Shown piece after piece: positions 55,980 to 61,356 of a DNA stretch of 61,356 nt. Both the position numbers and the translations under genes were made by a program. Numbering within the stretch: the first letter of the stretch is position 1; every line of letters starts with the position of its first letter. This stretch comes from Chloroflexota bacterium. Its GTDB lineage: Bacteria; Chloroflexota; Chloroflexia; QHBQ01. The stretch lies in contig JAYUUN010000010.1 of assembly GCA_043754535.1 (NCBI GenBank), forward strand, positions 1 through 61,356, in the 5' to 3' direction. The notes beneath the pieces were generated by a model. That model did not search any database. It saw only the letters and a list, made by a program, of their open reading frames with translations, and was not told the DNA's origin.

Positions 55980-57062
55980 GTGAGCAATATCTACCACCAA
56001 CCGCTGTTCGACTCTGTTGAGTTCCGCGCCTACCCACTGGCCCGCTTCGTTCCTGCCCCCGCCGCTGGCATCGTCCCCGACGAGTTCTACTCAACCACCA
56101 ACTTTCCCACCTACGTGCGCCTGGAGCAGGGCTGGGTGCTGGCTGCCGACCCGCGCATGGACGCAGTGATGGTGCGTGAGGACGACCATGTGCGCTGCAC
56201 CGAGGCCCGCACCCTGCCCGCTGGCGCACTCGTCCTCTGCGGCAGCCACGAGTCTGGGGCGGACGGCTTCTATGTCAACGACCACGGCTTCCTCGACCCA
56301 GAGCCGACCCATACGGAGAAGTTCAGCTTCATGTCGGGTGGCAGCAGCCGCGAACGCCCCGCCGACTACCAGGCACTAGCTGCGATCATGGAGGACGACC
56401 GACGGCAGGGCGGCCATGCTGTCTGGGTACTCGGCCCAGCGGTTGTCCATGCGGGCGCACGCGACGCGATGACCTGGCTGGTCAACAACGGCTACGTGGG
56501 GGTGCTGTTCGCGGGCAATGCTCTGGCCGCCCACGACCTGGAGATGGCGACCTACCAGACCAGCCTGGGCGTGACCATGCGCGGCCATGCCGTGCCGCTC
56601 GGCCACCGCCACCACCTGGCGACTATCAACCGCGTGCGTGCGCTCGGTAGCATTGAGGCGGCTGTTGAGAGCGGTATGGTCGGCGGCGGCATCATGCACG
56701 CCTGTGTGCAGCGGCGCGTGCCGTTCATCCTCGCAGGCTCGATCCGCGACGATGGCCCGCTCCCTGGCGTGCTGACCGATGCGCTGGCGGCCCAGGATGC
56801 TATGCGGGCGCAAGCAAAGCAGGCGACGATGGCAGTGATGTTGGCGACCGCCCTGCACTCTATCGCCACCGGCAATATGCTGCCGACCTTCTACCTGCGC
56901 GACGGCGTGCCACGAGCCTTGCCGATCATCGCGGTCGATCAGGATGAGTTTGTGCTAACCAAGCTGGTGGATCGTGGTACCCACCAGGCGTTCGGTATCA
57001 GCCGCAACGCCGCCGACTTCCTGCAACAGATCGTCGCTCAGTTGATGTTGATGCAGCAGTAG
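55980..57062 (+). CDS. LOR/SDH-domain (TIGR00300-like, ornithine cyclodeaminase-related) protein
   Basis: FYSTTNFPT, FSFM, GPAVVHAG, GNALAAHDLE, LAGSIRDDGPLP, LHSIATGN. Confidence 0.8.
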   Translation: MSNIYHQPLFDSVEFRAYPLARFVPAPAAGIVPDEFYSTTNFPTYVRLEQGWVLAADPRMDAVMVREDDHVRCTEARTLPAGALVLCGSHESGADGFYVNDHGFLDPEPTHTEKFSFMSGGSSRERPADYQALAAIMEDDRRQGGHAVWVLGPAVVHAGARDAMTWLVNNGYVGVLFAGNALAAHDLEMATYQTSLGVTMRGHAVPLGHRHHLATINRVRALGSIEAAVESGMVGGGIMHACVQRRVPFILAGSIRDDGPLPGVLTDALAAQDAMRAQAKQATMAVMLATALHSIATGNMLPTFYLRDGVPRALPIIAVDQDEFVLTKLVDRGTHQAFGISRNAADFLQQIVAQLMLMQQ

Positions 57063-57110
57063 CTTGCCTCCCCCCTCCTCTTACGGGGGAGCAAGGTGGA
57101 GGTTAAGCCT

Positions 57111-58574
57111 ATGCGTATAGCCTACTTCAGCCCACTCAACCCGATCCAGTCGGGTATCAGCGACTACAGCGAGGAGTTGTTGCCTGCCCTGGCTGCCACC
57201 GGTTTGCAGATCGAGTTGTTTGTGGACGAGTACAAGCCGACCAACCGCGAGGTGGCGACCAGCTTTCCTGTGCATAGCGGCAAGCAGTTTGCGCGCCTGC
57301 ACCAGCGGCAGCCCTTCAACGCGGCCCTCTACCACATGGGCAACTCACCCGCCCACGCCTATATCTACAAGGCTATCTTCGACAATCGGGGACGACTACC
57401 AGGCATCGTGGTTATGCACGAGTATGTATTGCACCACCTGGTCATGTGGATGGCCCTCAACGGCGGCAAGAAGCGCGACTACCAGCGCGAGATGGACGAC
57501 CGTTATGGGGCGGCGGGGGCAGAGGCAGTGCGCCGCGTCTTGCAGGGCCAGACTCCAGAGAGCCTGTTCAGCTTCCCCCTTAGCGAGCGAGTGATCGCCG
57601 CCGCCGACAAGCTGATCGTCCACAGCCAGTACATGGCCGCTAAAGTGGCTGAAGTTGCGCCCCACACCCCGATCACCGTCGCGCCGATGGGGATGCCGTT
57701 GCCACCAGCCGTCGACCGTGCCGCTGCCCGCGCCCGCCTGGGCATTGCGCCAGAGACCTTCGTCGTCGCCAGCCTCGGCCACATCAACCCCTACAAGCGG
57801 CTCTCTACCAGCCTGCGCGCCTACAAAGCCTTCGCCATGCAGCAACCTGCCAGCCACTACTACCTGGTTGGCAGTGTGTCGCCCAACTACAATCTCCCCC
57901 GCCAGGTAGCCGCCCTCGGTCTCAGCGAACGGGTGACGGTCACCGGCCACGCTGACACTGCTACTTACAACGACTACATGGCCGCCACTGACGTGTGCAT
58001 CAACCTGCGCTATCCCTCAGCGGGCGAGACCTCAGCGGCCCTCCTGCGGATCATGGGCGCGGGCAAGGCGGTAATCGTCAGCAACACTGCCGCCTTCGCC
58101 GAACTGCCGCCTGCTGCTGCTGTGCGCGTGGATGTGGATGAGAGCGAGGAGAGCCTGCTGCTGGCTTACCTGCTCGTCCTGGCCGCCGACCCGCTCCTGC
58201 GCCAGACGCTAGCCCGCAACGCTCGCAAGCTGATCGCCAGCCAGCACCGCCCGGCGCAGGCCGCCGCCGCTTACTATCACGCCCTCACTGGTGGCTACCC
58301 AGTCAACTATGAGCCACATACCACGTATGACGAGATAGCGGAGGCGGCCCAAGCGCAGGCCGAGCAGCAGCGCACTGCCGCCGAGCAGGCCACCGCCAGC
58401 ACGATCAACGCCGCCTACAATCCCCCAGCCCCCCAGGACGAGAGGCTAGCAGAGGGTGCATTGTCCTTCGCCAGGGTGCTGGCCGCTGCTGCCGCCGAGG
58501 TGGGTGTGCAGGAGAGTGATGAGGCAATCCTGCGCGGCCTGGCCTGCACAGCAGCGGAGATGGATCGCGGTTGA
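57111..58574 (+). CDS. GT4 glycosyltransferase
   Basis: MRIAYFSPLNP..SGISDYS, YHMGNS, NLRYPSAGETS. Confidence 0.9.
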   Translation: MRIAYFSPLNPIQSGISDYSEELLPALAATGLQIELFVDEYKPTNREVATSFPVHSGKQFARLHQRQPFNAALYHMGNSPAHAYIYKAIFDNRGRLPGIVVMHEYVLHHLVMWMALNGGKKRDYQREMDDRYGAAGAEAVRRVLQGQTPESLFSFPLSERVIAAADKLIVHSQYMAAKVAEVAPHTPITVAPMGMPLPPAVDRAAARARLGIAPETFVVASLGHINPYKRLSTSLRAYKAFAMQQPASHYYLVGSVSPNYNLPRQVAALGLSERVTVTGHADTATYNDYMAATDVCINLRYPSAGETSAALLRIMGAGKAVIVSNTAAFAELPPAAAVRVDVDESEESLLLAYLLVLAADPLLRQTLARNARKLIASQHRPAQAAAAYYHALTGGYPVNYEPHTTYDEIAEAAQAQAEQQRTAAEQATASTINAAYNPPAPQDERLAEGALSFARVLAAAAAEVGVQESDEAILRGLACTAAEMDRG

Positions 58575-59528
58575 GGATAACAACTGCTGCTGGGTCTTGG
58601 CACCCTCCGCACGGGCGCGGCTGCGGCTGCCCAGCATCGAGAACAGGCTGGAGAGGATGATTAGCACAGCGGCCCCACCAGCGAACAAGCCAAACAGCAG
58701 GCCAACCGCCCCGCCGCTAATCCCGCTGCTTGTGCCAGCCGTGCTGCCGGGTGTACTGGCCGCCACCTGCAAGTCTTGGGCGCGCACGGTGAACTTGACC
58801 CGCCCGCTAGTGCCACCGGGGATAGGACTGTGCTGGTGGGTCTCCAGAACGACGTAGATTTCGTGGTCGCCGGGGGTGAGCAGGCCAGGGTTGATGTCCG
58901 AAGGGATCGAGGAGATGTCGCCCACCCCGACGTTCGCCAGCGCGCCGTTGTCGAGGTAGACATGGTAGTGACCAATGCCGTCCTCTGGCTTGTTGTTGAT
59001 CAGCGTGCCGTCCAGCTTGTAGCCGCTCGTTTCCGTGCGGATCACGTAGTGACCGAGGCCGTCCGCCGTTGGACCGCTGGTGATGCGGATCGCTGGCTTG
59101 CCAGGCTGAGCGGCGTAACTCATCGCGTTTGCCAGCCGCACTTTGGTGGTCGCGGCTGGTACGCCCTCCACCAGCTTGCCACTGTTGCTGTAGAGGCGCA
59201 CCGCAATTGTGTGTTCGCCAGCCGCTAGCTGGGGTAGAGTATCGGTTGGCAAGGCAGTCACATCGCCAAAGTCCTCGGTCGCCAGCTTGCCGTCTACGAA
59301 GATGCGGTAGTTACCCTGTCCTTCCCTATCCTGCTGGTTGACAGCAGGGGCCGCGTAGGTGAAGTTGGTCTTGTGGGTGGTGATCGTCAGGCGGTCACCA
59401 GCGAGCGTGGCTCCGCTCTGCGGCGCGACGATCTGAATGGTCGGCTTGTCCGCCGCCTGTGCCTGGCCGCCCAGCAGCGTCACCAGCAGCAGGGCGGCCA
59501 CTGCACCAAATCCTAGCTTGCTCATCAA
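58446..59528 (-). CDS. Secreted His-rich Ig-like-repeat protein with C-terminal TM anchor
   Basis: Signal peptide; two beta domains, the second with GHYHVYLD..PGDHEI..ETHQH; C-terminal TM. Confidence 0.65.
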   Translation of the reverse strand: MMSKLGFGAVAALLLVTLLGGQAQAADKPTIQIVAPQSGATLAGDRLTITTHKTNFTYAAPAVNQQDREGQGNYRIFVDGKLATEDFGDVTALPTDTLPQLAAGEHTIAVRLYSNSGKLVEGVPAATTKVRLANAMSYAAQPGKPAIRITSGPTADGLGHYVIRTETSGYKLDGTLINNKPEDGIGHYHVYLDNGALANVGVGDISSIPSDINPGLLTPGDHEIYVVLETHQHSPIPGGTSGRVKFTVRAQDLQVAASTPGSTAGTSSGISGGAVGLLFGLFAGGAAVLIILSSLFSMLGSRSRARAEGAKTQQQLLSSTAIHLRCCAGQAAQDCLITLLHTHLGGSSGQHPGEGQCTLC

Positions 59529-59684
59529 AAGTCACCTCTTTAGGTTTGCTGTTCTGCGGAAGACGCTTGCTCAGGGGTTAGCCTTAAGCCAGGCTGCCAG
59601 CGGATTGTTATGGCAACTACAGCGGATTGGGTCACCGCATCCGCCCCGTTGCAACCCACTAGCAGACTTAGCCCGTTGTGGTGG

Positions 59685-61052
59685 TCAGTGCTGCATCCCC
59701 TGCATCACTGCCTGGCCGCTGCTCTTGATCTGCTGGCGGTAGGTGCCGAGTTGGGTCAGCAGCACATCGTTGGGGGCGGCGTTCTCTGGGTGGTACTCGA
59801 AGACGGCCCGCTCAAAGTATTGCACGAGGTAGCTCTTGCCGTCAAGTTCGCTCTTTTCCTGCAACTCGTTGCTGATCGGGTAGCCGAAGCTGGCGAGGCC
59901 GCCGTTCTGCTCCCAATAGCTGCGGAACCTGCCACCTAGCGTCTTGCTGGTCTCCGTAAACTGGCGTGGATTGCTTGTGTTGGCCTGCTGCGCTGGCGCA
60001 CCCGCCTTGTACTTCTCGTTGTAGCGGAAGCTACCTAGCTGACTGAGCAGTACCTGCTGCCCGGCCTCTGGGTGGTACTCGAAGATAGCGCGCTCAAAGT
60101 ATTGCATGGTGTAGGTCTTGCCGTCGGTCGGGCTGGCCTGACGCAGTTCGTCGCTAATCGGGTAGCCAAAGCGGGTGAGGCCTCCGCTCTGCTGCCAATA
60201 GGCGAGGAAGCTGCCGCGCACTGCCTTCTTGGTCTGGTCGAAGTAGCTGCCGCCGAGGGTCATGCTGGCAGGCGGGGCGGCGGGGATGTCCTGGGCGCGC
60301 ACCGTGAACTTGACCCGCTGGCTGGTGCCACCAGGGATCGGCACGTGCTGGTGCGTCTCCAGGATCACGTAAATCTCGTGGTCACCAGGGGTGAGGATGG
60401 TAGGGTAGATGTCGGAGGGGATCGAGGAGACTTCGCTGACCCCTACGTTCGCCAGCTTCTCGTTGTCGAGGTAGACATGATAGTGGCCGATGCCGCTCTC
60501 TGGCTTGTTGTTGACGCGGGTGCCGTCCAACTTGTAGCCAGTGATCTCGGTGCGGATGAAGAAGTGGCCGCGCCCATCGCTAGTCGGCCCCTCCACAATG
60601 CGGATGGCCGGGCTGCCGCTCTTGGCGGCGTAGCTCATCGCGTTTGCCAGTCGAACCTTGATCTGCGTATTCTGGGCCGAGGCAATCGGGCTGCCGTCCA
60701 CATTGACCAGCTTCACATCAATGGTGTGTTGGCCTGCGCCAATCTGCGGTAGGAGGTCGCTGGGTAGCGAGGTGGCGGTGCCAAAATCCTGGGCCGCCAA
60801 CTGGCCGTCCACATAGACGCGGTAAGCTCCCCGCCCTGGTCGCAGGTCGAGGTTGGTGCCGGGCGCATCGAAGGCAAAGTTGTTCCAGGCTACCGCCAGC
60901 ACCAGCCGCTCGCCGCTGACCGTCGCCCCGTTTGCGGGGGAGACTACGCGGATGCTGGGGTTGATGTTTGCGCTCTGGGCCTGCGCCCCCTGTCCTGGTA
61001 GCAAGGCCACCGTCAGCAGGCTGAGCAAGGCTAGCAATCTCATCTTTCTCAT
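59685..61052 (-). CDS. Secreted His-rich paralog with two Chloroflexi-type cell-surface repeats
   Basis: Same two domains plus 2x F..T....G.F..YW...GGL..FGYPIS.E....QYFERA.FEYHPE. Confidence 0.75.
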   Translation of the reverse strand: MRKMRLLALLSLLTVALLPGQGAQAQSANINPSIRVVSPANGATVSGERLVLAVAWNNFAFDAPGTNLDLRPGRGAYRVYVDGQLAAQDFGTATSLPSDLLPQIGAGQHTIDVKLVNVDGSPIASAQNTQIKVRLANAMSYAAKSGSPAIRIVEGPTSDGRGHFFIRTEITGYKLDGTRVNNKPESGIGHYHVYLDNEKLANVGVSEVSSIPSDIYPTILTPGDHEIYVILETHQHVPIPGGTSQRVKFTVRAQDIPAAPPASMTLGGSYFDQTKKAVRGSFLAYWQQSGGLTRFGYPISDELRQASPTDGKTYTMQYFERAIFEYHPEAGQQVLLSQLGSFRYNEKYKAGAPAQQANTSNPRQFTETSKTLGGRFRSYWEQNGGLASFGYPISNELQEKSELDGKSYLVQYFERAVFEYHPENAAPNDVLLTQLGTYRQQIKSSGQAVMQGMQH

Positions 61053-61188
61053 TTTGTTACCCCTGTCTGTCCTAAAATAGGTTAATGGTAGGTACGCCTG
61101 CTATCTATACGTGGCTGAGCAAGATTTGGCCCTACATTTTCATCTGCTGTACCAACCTGCTGGCAGACGCTATCTGGCACGGTGGCAA

Positions 61189-61225
61189 CAAGATGGCCCC
61201 CGCTGGAGAAGCGGAGGCCATCTTG
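61189..61225. terminator. Hairpin/terminator downstream of the partial gene
   Basis: CAAGATGGCC / GGCCATCTTG stem. Confidence 0.5.
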
Positions 61226-61253
61226 ACTAACTGTTATTCTACGTGGTCGATGG

Positions 61254-61356
61254 TTAGTGGCTCATATCCATGTCGGGCATCTTGGCCTTCAGGTCGGCCT
61301 TGCCGTGATCGACTGCCGCTGGGCGGGCCGCCAGGTCAGCACCAACTACGTGGACA
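61254..61356 (-). CDS. 3' end of a gene with a Met/His-rich tail (partial)
   Basis: Translates to ..VDHGKADLKAKMPDMDMSH*. Confidence 0.45.
   Translation of the reverse strand, partial: VHVVGADLAARPAAVDHGKADLKAKMPDMDMSH

Noticed and set aside
58446..58574. 129-bp convergent overlap as a functional antisense arrangement
   Set aside because: More simply explained by stop-codon drift; the overlapping tail looks non-functional.

Overview
GC-rich bacterial DNA, most likely Chloroflexota (inferred from Chloroflexi-type 'F..YW...GGL..FGYPIS.E' surface repeats, F420-dependent DDN-family genes and a GAAC-N4-GTTC LexA-type box). The window has four blocks. (1) ~1.7-9.6 kb: an apparent secondary-replicon (chromid/megaplasmid-like) replication and partition module. 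It contains an RHH-like gene and an ExeA-like AAA ATPase, divergent from a MerR/RacA-like HTH, parA and parB. It also has three copies of a 20-bp palindrome, a 17-bp tandem repeat, a candidate ~170-nt counter-transcribed RNA, and a putative initiator (wHTH plus DnaA domain-I-like). The initiator has a LexA-type box in its promoter and iteron-like repeats plus an AT-rich element inside the gene. (2) ~9.6-18 kb: mixed housekeeping, membrane and lipoprotein genes. (3) 18.2-39.4 kb (minus strand): a complete nuoA-N complex I operon with five inserted accessory genes (SnoaL-like, GlcG/HbpS-like, three paralogous SAM methyltransferases), an atypical HydB-like NuoF, an Fdh-like NuoG and two Rex-like boxes. 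(4) 39.6-61 kb: cell-envelope glycosylation genes, a VWA membrane protein, a pseudokinase-SLH protein, a PIN toxin-antitoxin pair and two His-rich secreted paralogs. All calls come from motif recognition by eye; no searches were run.
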